A DNA stretch of 64,000 nt from Chloropicon primus (lineage: Eukaryota). The stretch lies in contig CP060759.1 of the NCBI GenBank assembly GCA_023205875.1, positions 372,001-436,000 of the forward strand, written 5' to 3'. Numbering within the stretch: the first letter of the stretch is position 1; each line of letters begins with the position of its first letter. The notes beneath the pieces were generated by a model. It was not told the DNA's origin and ran no database searches. It saw nothing but the letters and a program-made list of their open reading frames with translations. This document shows positions 24,117 through 33,741 of the stretch, piece after piece. Both the position numbers and the translations under genes were made by a program.

Positions 24117-25405
24117 ATGGGGTTGAAGAGCCCCTTGAAGCAAGGGGCGTCGGCCCAGGGGACGGCGGCGTTCGTCGACATGAAGCAGGAGAAGTTCCTG
24201 TACCCGGACAGCAGGCGTGGCATACGCTTCTATCTCTTAGACGCGAGCGGGAAGGCGACCTTGGCGGTCTTGGGAGAGGAGAGGGACACGAGGGACGGCC
24301 ACTACACGTATCGAAAGGAGCCCACGTTCTCGGGAGGACCCGAGCTTTGCTGCGGCAACGTAAGTATTCTCGCCACTCGTCCTCTTCACGCTTCCCCTTT
24401 TTCTTTTTTGCCCTGGCAATGCGGTGCTTTCAGGTGATGGCAACTGTTTACAAAACTTAAATATACCATGAGACACAGTGATTCAAAAAACACTTAACAG
24501 CTGATGAATCGCTGCTCGCCAAGGCGCGCTCTGAAGGGGAGGCGGGAAGCTGTGCCGAAGAGTTCCCAGAAGAAAGAAGAAGGGGAAAAAATACTAAAAT
24601 TCTCCTCGTTCCTCTTGAATTGTCGCAGTTGTCGGGCGTGCACAAGTGGATCAGGGATGTCATGATCGACTCGGGGTGCTCTGAAGTAGCCATCGACTTC
24701 AAGCCGCTTCGAAGGGGGAGCACTCTGGGGGGTGCAGCAGAAGCAAGTCACCACAAGAAACAACGCCACCTGAAGGAGGAGGTCGACAGGCTTGTGTCTC
24801 GGGCGCGGGAGCTCGAGCAGTCCAACTTGAGCCTCTATGCCTCGGGCATCCGCAGCGCAAGGTCCACGGCGAACGCTTGGTTGAATGACGCTGGAACTGG
24901 GACAGACACTACCTTCGAGAAAGCTCTGGCAGGGGCCAGCGAAGCGAAGGCTTCTCAGGAGGTGGTCATCAACAACCTTAGGAGCCTCTGCGACTTGTAT
25001 GCTCCGCTGCAGTTGCTGGACTCGACCGACGCTTTTGCTGTCATCACAGACATAGAGAAGAAGCAGGAGTCCGGGGCCGTGAAGGCCTTGTGCGCGCAAA
25101 TAAAGGAAGTCTGGGGCTTGCAGCTCAAGAAGGCGCTGATTGTCGGGGCTGCTCCCTGGAATGAGTACCCCATCTTCACCAAGCAAAACCTCGGTTCCCT
25201 TGTGGCCCTGAACACAAACAAAAGGAGTGCGCACCAGCAGGGCGGCACGGCCACGAAGACCCAGAAAACCACGAGCAAGACGGGAATCGGGAAGGGAAGG
25301 AAGATCTGCCACCACTGCAACCAGATCGTGGGCTCCCCTTCCCGGATCTGCCCCTTCTGCAAGGGAGAGCTCCCACTCAAGACGACGCCCAAGAGCGACA
25401 AGTGA
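24117..25405 (+). CDS. Hypothetical protein with C-terminal C4 zinc ribbon (intron 24360-24628)
   Basis: Exons join in frame via GTAAGT...CAG; C-terminal CHHC-x10-CPFC. Confidence 0.7.
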
Positions 25406-25513
25406 AGTGAGTGTCCTCCAGGCCGAAAATATATTAACTCTGTAGAAAAAAATCGATTTGTTGTTACATTCCGGCTAAATAAGCTTCCCTCTGGCCTGGA
25501 AACGGCTTTGACG

Positions 25514-26365
25514 TCAACCCCCTTGCGTTATCTGCGGCTTCCCCCCATCCAGCTTGACCCCCACCGGCGCCTTGTGGGCACCCTTCTGGGATGACTTGCT
25601 CCTCTCCCCCTTCTTCTCCTTCCTCCTGGCGCTGAGAACCTCTTGAGAGGACGGGTGAATCTTGAACCCAAACACCTTTGGCACGTACTTTGCGACCTGC
25701 TTGCCGCTGCGGAGGTGGCTGTAAGTCATGAGAAAGAGGTGCGGGAAAGTCGTCCCAAAGTACGCCCCGTCGATGTTCCCTTGAAGCTTCGACCGCGGGT
25801 AGTAGATGTCCTCGCACTTTGGGCAAAAAATCTTGACCGTGCTGGTCCTCGGCACGTCCGCCTGGCCGACCGGAAGGCACGCCGCCCCTCCACACAAAAC
25901 GCGCGGGCACCTCCCAAAGTCCACGCTCTTGAACTTGTCGTACATGGCAGAAAGCCCCCTGGATGTCAGTATGAAGCGCTGATGAATCAGGCCATAAAGC
26001 ATCTCCGCCGCGCTCTCCACGAGCTCGTGCTGCTCCTCCGTCAGCATCTCCTCGTGAGGGGACTCTATGTCCAGAATCAAGTCCAAAGCATAGTCGTAGT
26101 ACGGCACCTGCTGGTTCAGTCCGCTTAGGTTGAACTCATCCTGAATGTAATCCTCGTCCACCTCACTGCGCAAGACCAAAGAGAAACGGACGGGAAGGCG
26201 TTATCAGACCCCGTCACCAAAGCCACGGGCCGCGGACAAGCGCACTTACCAAAAGAACTCGTTCCCCTGAAGGTTGCAAAACCATGACACCCACGACGTA
26301 TCCTCGTCCGAAGCTGACACGTCCGTCTCCTCATCACTCACGACTTGCGCACCAAAGTACTTCAT
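25514..26365 (-). CDS. CKB: Casein kinase II regulatory subunit beta (intron 26249-26166; start uncertain)
   Basis: [59 protein letters not shown]. Confidence 0.95.
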
Positions 26366-26652
26366 CCTTGATTCCGTCCCGTCGGCGTCGACAATCGCTT
26401 GGTCTCTCGTACTCGCCGCTCCCCTAAACCTCCATCGCGTGGTCGCGCCCCTCGCGCTCTTGGCTCTTACGGCCGCGCGGATCGGCCACGCACGTAGAGG
26501 AGGACGGACAGGTGAGTGGAGAGGGCGAGAGGGAGGGCGAGGGAGGCGGTTGGGAGGAGGGAGACACGGAAGGGGGGGCCCTCGTGCTGAGGGCTTTCCG
26601 TGGACCATCCACTTGAACAGTTTGGTGAAGTTTTGAGAATGTTCTGAAACGA

Positions 26653-28128
26653 ATGAGGACAACTCTCTCGATTTGGTTCGCACCAGGACCGAGGAGGATG
26701 ACGGTGACGATGACGGTGACGGTGGCTGTGGGAGGTTTTCGTTACGCGGGAAGGGGCCGGAGGTCGAGGGGAGCGGGAAAGAGCGCCAGGATGGTGCGCA
26801 GAGGTTCGGGCGGAGGTTCGGGACGGTGCGACAACGCAGAGAGGAAGAGGGAAGGCGGGAGGGGGATGTCATCCGTGTTGTTGCTTCCGGATGGGCTAAG
26901 AGTGAGGGGGGAAGAGGTCGCGCAGACCATGCAAGGCATGCGGCGTCGGATCTCGCCCGGGACGGCTCTGATTCCAGCGGGCATTGGTTTGGCGTCGGGG
27001 GCGCTTCTGCTGCCGTCTTCTGTCCTGTCCTCCCTTGAGGGCTCGGCGTCGTCGATACAGACGGCGTTGGCTCTCGGCCTCGTTGTCACGGTCCACGAGT
27101 GCGGCCACTTTGCCGCAGCGAGGCTTCAGAACATTCACGTCTCCAAGTTCTCCGTTGGGTTCGGCCCCTGCGTGCTGCGGTACCAGGGCAGCAAAGTGGA
27201 GTACTCCCTGAGGCTCTTTCCGTTTGGTGGGTTTGTTGCTTTCCCCGAGGAGAAGGGGGACGAGGAGGGGGTGAGGGAATACGCAGAGGACGACCCGAAC
27301 CTGCTGAACAACCGCCCCATTAAGGACAGGTTTCTCGTCATCAGCGCCGGCGTCGTGGCCAACATGGTCATGGCGTTCGGGATCCTTTGGGGGCAGGCGC
27401 TCAACCCCGGGCTAATGCAAGTGACCTACCAACCGGGAGTCAAGGTCCCAGAGCTCGCGAGCACCTCCCTCGCGCAGAGCTCGGGTCTGGTCGTCGACGA
27501 TATGATCACGGGGATTAACGGCGAGGAGCTGGGGGAGGGGGACGAGGCGGTGGACAAGGTGGTCAACACCATCAGGGCAAGTCCGGACAAGGACGTGACG
27601 TTGGACTTGAGAAGAAGCGGGAAACCAATGAGCGTCACCGTGAGGCCAGAGGCAGCCGGTGACGGGGTGGGAAGGATAGGGATCCAGCTGCTGGCGAACG
27701 CTGACAAGGAGGTAGTCAAGGCATCCGGACTTCTGGATGGAGCTGGGATGGCGTCGAGGGAAACTGCAAAGCTAACGAAACTTGTTCTCAACGGGTTCGG
27801 AAAGTTGCTCTTCAACTTTCAGCAGAACGTGGACAAGCTCTCTGGACCGATCGCGATCATAGCGAACGGGGCACAGTACAGCAGGAACAACCTGTACGAC
27901 CTGCTCCAGTTCATGGTGATCGTGAACATCAACCTCGCGGTGATCAACACGGTTCCCCTTCCAGGGTTGGACGGGGGCTACCTTGCCCTCCTCCTCGCGG
28001 AAACCGTGCGGGGCGGAAAGAGGCTTCCAGAAAACGTGGAGAGCGCCATCAACCAATCCGGCTTCTTCCTCCTTTTCGTGCTGGGAATCACGCTCCTCGT
28101 CAAAGATTCAGCGAAGCTGCTGAGTTGA
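26653..28128 (+). CDS. ARASP: Plastid membrane metalloprotease, RseP/ARASP type (M50 + PDZ)
   Basis: HECGH zinc motif, FSVGFGP, PFGGFVAF, PDZ region, NTVPLPGLDGG; transit-peptide-like N-terminus. Confidence 0.9.
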   Translation: MRTTLSIWFAPGPRRMTVTMTVTVAVGGFRYAGRGRRSRGAGKSARMVRRGSGGGSGRCDNAERKREGGRGMSSVLLLPDGLRVRGEEVAQTMQGMRRRISPGTALIPAGIGLASGALLLPSSVLSSLEGSASSIQTALALGLVVTVHECGHFAAARLQNIHVSKFSVGFGPCVLRYQGSKVEYSLRLFPFGGFVAFPEEKGDEEGVREYAEDDPNLLNNRPIKDRFLVISAGVVANMVMAFGILWGQALNPGLMQVTYQPGVKVPELASTSLAQSSGLVVDDMITGINGEELGEGDEAVDKVVNTIRASPDKDVTLDLRRSGKPMSVTVRPEAAGDGVGRIGIQLLANADKEVVKASGLLDGAGMASRETAKLTKLVLNGFGKLLFNFQQNVDKLSGPIAIIANGAQYSRNNLYDLLQFMVIVNINLAVINTVPLPGLDGGYLALLLAETVRGGKRLPENVESAINQSGFFLLFVLGITLLVKDSAKLLS

Positions 28129-28213
28129 CGAACTCTTCCTTCGCTTGCAATATTCTTGTATGTATATTTACAGCAATACACGTCGTGTGTGTGTGTGCGT
28201 GTGTGTGGGAAAA

Positions 28214-29378
28214 TTAAGCCTCTGCAGGCGCGGCTTCCTCCGCAGCGGGGGCGGCCTCCTCCGCGGCAGGCGCAGCCTCCTCCGCGGCAGGCGCAGCCTC
28301 CTCCGCGGCAGGCGCGGCACCCTCGGCTGGGGCGTCCTCGGCTGGGGCGTCCTCCTCGCTGGGCCTCTTGCTGAAGTAATCATTGAGATCGTCGTCCATC
28401 TTCTGCTCGGTGTTGTCATCCGCAGGCCTCGCCGGGGGTCTTCCGCCCCTCTCGTCGCCCTCGCCATCTCTCCTCACAAACCTGTCGTTCTTCTCTCTCC
28501 TGGTGTAGCCCTCCTCACCCGGCGGCTTGTCTTCCCTCAGCGCAATCTTCCTGTCGCCGATCATCGTGTCGTACATCGTCTCGATAGCCTTCTGGGCATC
28601 CTCTCTGCAGGTGAACTCCACAATACCGCACCCCTTGGAGCGACCTGACCTTCGGTCGGTCATCACGTCGGCATAAGCGACCTCGCCGACCGACTTGAAG
28701 TGGTCCTTGAGGTCCATCCACCTCGTGGACCAAGGGAGGTTCCAAACGTAAACGCGGCAGTCCCTCTTCTCGGGGTCTCTCTGATGGACGGCCGCCGTGC
28801 GGCGAGGGGGGGAGCGCCTCCTCTCCCTGTACCCTCCGTAATCGGAGCGGCCGTAGCCCCTGTCCCTTCCGCCGTACCTGTCCCTGTCACCGTACCTATC
28901 CCTCGAGTCATAACGATCTCGGCCACCGTAACGATCGTCTCTCCTGTCGCGGTCATACCTATACATAGCAAAACGCCTCAAACATCAGTCTCTCTCGATC
29001 CACCTCTCTCTTCGACGCAATCTCTCTCTTCGACGCCTTGGCGGCAGCGCGAGGAGGAGGAAACTCCAGGAGTGGATCACACACCAACAAGCAAGATGTT
29101 CCACCAAAGATGCTGACCCATCACACGACTACTCTGGACCCAAACATGCCAGCAACCGCGCACTCCTTTATACAAGATTCCATCATTTCGCACACGCATA
29201 CACCACACCCTCACGTCCTCCCACACGCACGCCCTCCCGCACGCACGCGATCCTCCTACCTGTCATAGCCGCCTCCTCTCTCCTCGTATCCGTATCCTCC
29301 CCTCCTGTCGTCGTACGAGTCCCTCCTGTCGTCGTACTCCCTCCTGTCGTAGTCCCTCATCCTGTCGTCGTAAGACAT
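28214..29378 (-). CDS. RRM RNA-binding protein (Gbp2/hnRNP-M-like RRM) with RD/RG-rich N-terminus (intron 29259-28959)
   Basis: RVYVWNLPWSTRWMDLKDHF, GRSKGCGIVEF; C-terminal KMDDDLNDYF and PAAEEAA repeats. Confidence 0.85.
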
Positions 29379-29632
29379 CGCTCTCGTCGCTCACCTCTCA
29401 CTCACTCTCTCTCTCTCTCTCTCTCTTCTGCCGTCATCCCCTCCTCTCGCTCTCGAACCCTAGCTCTTCCAAGCTTCACCGCATCACGTTATTTCTCCAA
29501 GCATCCGTATGTTTACGATGTGACGTTACTTTTCCTTGTCACCGGGGAGGAGGGCGGAATTCAAAAAAACGCGCCAAAGGCGTCGTCGTCGTACAGAGAG
29601 GGAGACACTCACACTTGTTCTTGTTGTTGACG

Positions 29633-30631
29633 ATGGAGGAACGTTTCCAAGACATCCCTGTGTCGAGCCAATTGGCGAAGATGAAGGTGGAGGACGAGAC
29701 CACGAGTTCTCCTCCCCATGGCCAAGGTGTTCCGGAAGAGAGGACCGCCACCGCTGTGGCTACGGCTGGGTTGTCCGGTACCCACCAAGACAAGGCCAAG
29801 GCCAAGGCGAAGAGAGAGAGGAGCGAGGACGTTTCGGACTTGAGGATAGAGCAGCCGGAGATCAACATGGAGCAGTACCCTCCGCATGACGACCTCGACA
29901 TCGAGATTGACAAGCTCGTGTACGTCGTGGAGGAGCACGCGCACACGCTGAAGAAGAGCCTCGTGAACAGGTACATGGGAATGAGGAAGAAGTGGCACGA
30001 CCACGAGATACAGCGCATAGAGGACGAGAAGAAGAACTTCGAGCAGCAGCTCGTGAGCAAGCAGGCGGAGCTGGACAGGGAGAAGTACGCCGTGCACGTG
30101 CACAAGCAGAACGAGGCCAAGGCGAAGCGAGTGACCACCAAGGCCATCGGGCTCATCTTCGTCACGAACCAGAGGCTGAAGAACTTCTCGACCTCGGCGC
30201 ACTTCTTCAAGACGTGGCGCGAGATTCCCAAGAAGAGGCGACTGTTCCTCAAGAGCATCGACAAGATCAAGACCAAGATAGCCCTGCAGGTCATGAAGAA
30301 ACACTTCCAGGCCTGGAGGAAGTGGAACAGGGAGACCGTGCGCACGAGAATCGAGGAGGTCATCCACCAGAGGTTCGAGAAGAAGTTCAACGACGAGCGG
30401 GACGACCTGAACGGGCAGATTGACGCGTACAAGGCGGAGCTCGAGGCCGTGCAGAAGCAGCTCGCGGACGCCATGACCGCCAGAGAGAAGATAGAGAAGG
30501 ACATGAAGCAGTCTTTCATGCGGGGTCTGTGCGCCATGAACATCGAAGCGATGAGCATGATGAAGAAGGGGTCTTTCAACTCCCTCTCGGCGATCATCCC
30601 CCCCGTCGAAGGCGAGGAGGAAGAGGAGTGA
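29633..30631 (+). CDS. POC5: Centriolar protein POC5
   Basis: Coiled coil, FxxW centrin-binding-like repeats, signature MKQSFMRGLCAMNIEAM. Confidence 0.82.
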   Translation: MEERFQDIPVSSQLAKMKVEDETTSSPPHGQGVPEERTATAVATAGLSGTHQDKAKAKAKRERSEDVSDLRIEQPEINMEQYPPHDDLDIEIDKLVYVVEEHAHTLKKSLVNRYMGMRKKWHDHEIQRIEDEKKNFEQQLVSKQAELDREKYAVHVHKQNEAKAKRVTTKAIGLIFVTNQRLKNFSTSAHFFKTWREIPKKRRLFLKSIDKIKTKIALQVMKKHFQAWRKWNRETVRTRIEEVIHQRFEKKFNDERDDLNGQIDAYKAELEAVQKQLADAMTAREKIEKDMKQSFMRGLCAMNIEAMSMMKKGSFNSLSAIIPPVEGEEEEE

Positions 30632-30704
30632 GTGAGGCCAGGCCAGGCCAGGCCAGGGACGACCGCCATGAATCCAGCAAGCTCGTTTGTTGTCCCTCTA
30701 ACAC

Positions 30705-30708
<4 letters not shown>

Positions 30709-30747
<39 letters not shown>
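30709..30747. repeat. (CA)n microsatellite
   Basis: Seen directly. Confidence 0.9.
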
Positions 30748-30749
<2 letters not shown>

Positions 30750-31172
30750 GTCCTATGTTACAATATATTACTATCTATCAGAACCGTTGCGCCCGGGGTG
30801 CGACTTGGGTGGGCAAGGGAACCTCTACCCCTGCGTCGCCCAACGTCAACCTTTGCCCCCCCCCCGTCTCACACCTCCCAGGCCGCTGTGAGACCGCTGA
30901 GAGACTCTGTTGTCTGTGTGCGTGTGCGTGTGCGTGTGATAAAGGCAGACAAAAGCGATGGCATTGCATCCCTCCCTTCCTCTTCCTCTCGGCATCCAGC
31001 GGTGCGATCTGTTGTTATGGTGTTCAGACATCAGATCAAAAACAGCACACAGAAAAGTCACGAAAGGACGGTAGGGAATTCACAGTCAATACTGGAAGCA
31101 CAAAGGCAAGTTCTCCTTTCCACTGAAAGAGAGAAACACGGAGAGAAACACGAGGCGACCGGCCACTACTTA

Positions 31173-31326
31173 CCTGTTAGTTTTCTGCAAAGGTCGTTTC
31201 ACCGAGTTTGTAAGTTTCTCGGCAGGGTAATTCAGCCCTACCACGACCATTCCACCGTACATGAACGAATACTTCCGCCCACGCACGGCAGCCCGTACTA
31301 ACAAACGTATGTGCAACCCTGAGGAG
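31173..31326 (-). ncRNA. Candidate Fanzor omegaRNA scaffold
   Basis: Minus-strand 15-18 bp hairpin with many G-U pairs, a three-way junction, and a closing stem TGTTAGT/ACTAACA immediately after the nuclease stop. Confidence 0.7.
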
Positions 31327-33491
31327 TTACACACTTTTTGGTTGACGCAAGTGCTTCAGGAGGACGTTGCGTGCCCCGTTCACATCCCGACCGCACTTGA
31401 AGCCACACTTCTGGCACTTGTACACCTCTGCTCCACCCAGGTTCTTCTTGATGTGTCCGCACCTGCCACAGGTCTTGGAGGTGTACTCCTCCGTCACGAT
31501 CGCCAGCTCACTGCCGTGCAAGAGCACCTTGGAAGCCAAGAACGTTCTGAACGCATAGTGCCTCAACGTCAAGAGCGTGCGAGCCGTCTTCTTCCTGATC
31601 ACTCGGCGTCTCCCGTTGTTGTTCTTCTTCACCATGTCTTGGGACTTGAACTCCGGGAGGAGGATTGTGTCGAACCTCCTGCATAGATCGTTGGCTACCT
31701 TTTTGTGAAGCTCGTTCGTCAGACCTCGAAGTTTCTCCATGCAGGCGTATTGCTGTCTCTTCAAGTCGCGGCGGTCGAGGTAAGGGAGCTTCACCTTTGG
31801 GTCTTTGCGCTCGGAAATGATCTCATCAATCCTCCAGCAGAGGTTGAACAGCCTCGCGAAGCCTCGCTCGCCCGTGGCATACTCCCCGACGCCTTCTTGC
31901 GGCGAGTACGACGTCTGAAAGGTCCTGACTCCCGGATCCAGGGCGACAACCTTCCGCTTGTTCTCAGGCTTCAGGGGTGGCAGGCGATCCCATGGCGTCG
32001 CGATGGGAATGTATGTGGAACTGCCCAAGGCGATTTCTTGTGATCTTCACGGCACCCTCGATCTTGCCCCCGGGGATCTCCTCCGTCAAGTACAGGGGCC
32101 CGCCGGCCATCTTCTCCTTGAACACCTCCAGCTTGGTCCACTTGCGTCGTTTCTTGTGCTTGTTGTCATCCTTGTGTCTCGTTCTCGGTCTTTCGATCGT
32201 CTCCACGTTCTTTAACTCTCTTGCATCAATTTCAATAGTCCAAGAACTCGGTTGCTGACGTTGACGATACTTGAGAACGAAGCGGTGCCCCTTCTTCTCG
32301 CCGCGCTCCTTCATCGCTTCCTGCTTCGCGGTGTTCGAATCCCATGCCTTGATGAGACTTCGCACGGCAGCTTGTCTGATGGCACAGGGGGTTTCCTTCA
32401 GCCAAGGATGCTTCTGATTTACAAAGGCCCCGCTAACGTAGTCCCGGTCCTTGGCCACTTCGGCGCGAAATCGTCTGCCTCCAATTTGGCTCTCGAGTCT
32501 CTTCTCTCTGGCCGCGAAAAGCTCTGCCTCCTGTTTTGTCCATGGCCGTGGAGAGCATTGGATTTCTTTCAGCTCTTTCTCCAGCCCCTCAAAGACCTCA
32601 GGGCGTCGCGGTTTGGCCGTCACAAATCTGTCCAGCAGGACGGTCCAAACCAGCGGAAAACCCTCCTTCTTGACCGCCTCCAAACACTTGTTGTATGTGA
32701 AACGCGCAGCTCCCATCCAGTTGCAAAGGCATTGCGCCTGCTCAGGGTTCAAGCGCATCCTCACCTTCCTCGTCCGTATCACCGTTCGCTCCGACAATAG
32801 CTTGGAGGTCTTCAGTTTCTGCTCCCTCTTCCTTTTGGCGGGCGACTGCAATGTCTCGACGGATACCACAGAATCTTCTGGAAGGTTCAAGCACGACCTC
32901 CATCCCGTCTTCGGACACTTTACCTCTACAAGTTCTCTCTTGATCGATGAGAACCAGGTCTTCTTCACGCTGTCGTCCGCCAAGCCACCCGGCTGCTTCC
33001 CTGCTTTCTTCCCCCTCTTGTTCTTCTTCTTCTTACCCTTCTTCTTGTTCTTCTTCTTACCCTTCTTGCGAGGCTTCTTGCGAGGCTTGCCTGACGAGCT
33101 CGAACTCTCACCCGCAGAGGCGTCCGCCTCCGGCCGCTTCCCCTTCCGCTTCCCCCCGCTTCTTGCGAGGCGTGCTCGAACCCTCCTCGAAAGCAGAGGC
33201 GGGGTCGTCCAGCGGCTTCCCTTCCGCTTCCCCCCGCTTCTTGCGAGGCGTGCTCGAACCCTCACCCGCAGAGGCGGGGTCGTCCGCGGGAGGAAGCAGA
33301 CACAACGCGTAGAGCAACTGCAAGCCCTGATTCCAGAACGGAAGTAACGGCCGCTCCGTCGTCGGAGACTCCTGCCCCGACTTCGAAGCGCCCTGAGCAT
33401 GACTCTCGCCAGAGTGCGACCTCCTTGTGGAACTCGTCGAGCCACTCCCCTGCTTCTCCTTTTTCTTACGGCGCTTCCCTGATCGCGCCAT
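31327..33491 (-). pseudogene. Fanzor2/TnpB-family RNA-guided endonuclease, ~720 aa when two frameshifts (~33140, ~32014) are corrected
   Basis: PFWN...WFS N-terminal motifs; RTRKVRMRLNPEQ...WMGAARFTYN; RuvC-I ALDPGVRTF; ILLPEF; EEYTSKTCGRCG...CQKC; RuvC-III RDVNGARN. Confidence 0.9.
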
Positions 33492-33741
33492 GACTGTTAG
33501 CTGCTACTGCAAGGGTTTCACTCGCTGCCCTCCTCGTAACTCCTCGTAACTATAGATTTGCCTTGTCCAGCAAGTGAGAACACGAAAAAAACGCTTTGTG
33601 GGTTGTCCTTTGGGTGTGACCAAACTGGTATACACTGGAATCCCACCAACAGGGGAAAACCTCCAACATCTGTCCCAGACCGAGGGAGTGGAGACGGAAA
33701 CGGGGCAGGGGAGTCCAGCGCGTTACGATCGAGCGAGCGCC

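Larger units (their letters stand above)
31173..33562 (-). mobile_element. Non-autonomous IS607-like Fanzor2/TnpB element (boundaries inferred at GG dinucleotides)
   Basis: Contains the Fanzor ORF and a structured 3' RNA ending ...ACTAACAGG; 10-bp tandem repeat near the left end after ...GACAAGG; no recombinase ORF. Confidence 0.65.

Noticed and set aside
31166..31180. U1 snRNA 5' end (TACTTACCTG)
   Set aside because: No U1 stem-loops or Sm site follow; it is the reverse complement of a CAG/GTAAGT donor.
31190..31250. Hammerhead ribozyme (CTGA and GAAAC within a three-way junction, minus strand)
   Set aside because: CTGA sits in a hairpin loop and reads CUGAAUUA rather than CUGAnGA, and the topology does not fit. 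It is better explained as an omegaRNA scaffold.
33531..33550. Target-site duplication for the Fanzor element
   Set aside because: The two copies are adjacent, and there is no direct copy at the other end of the element.
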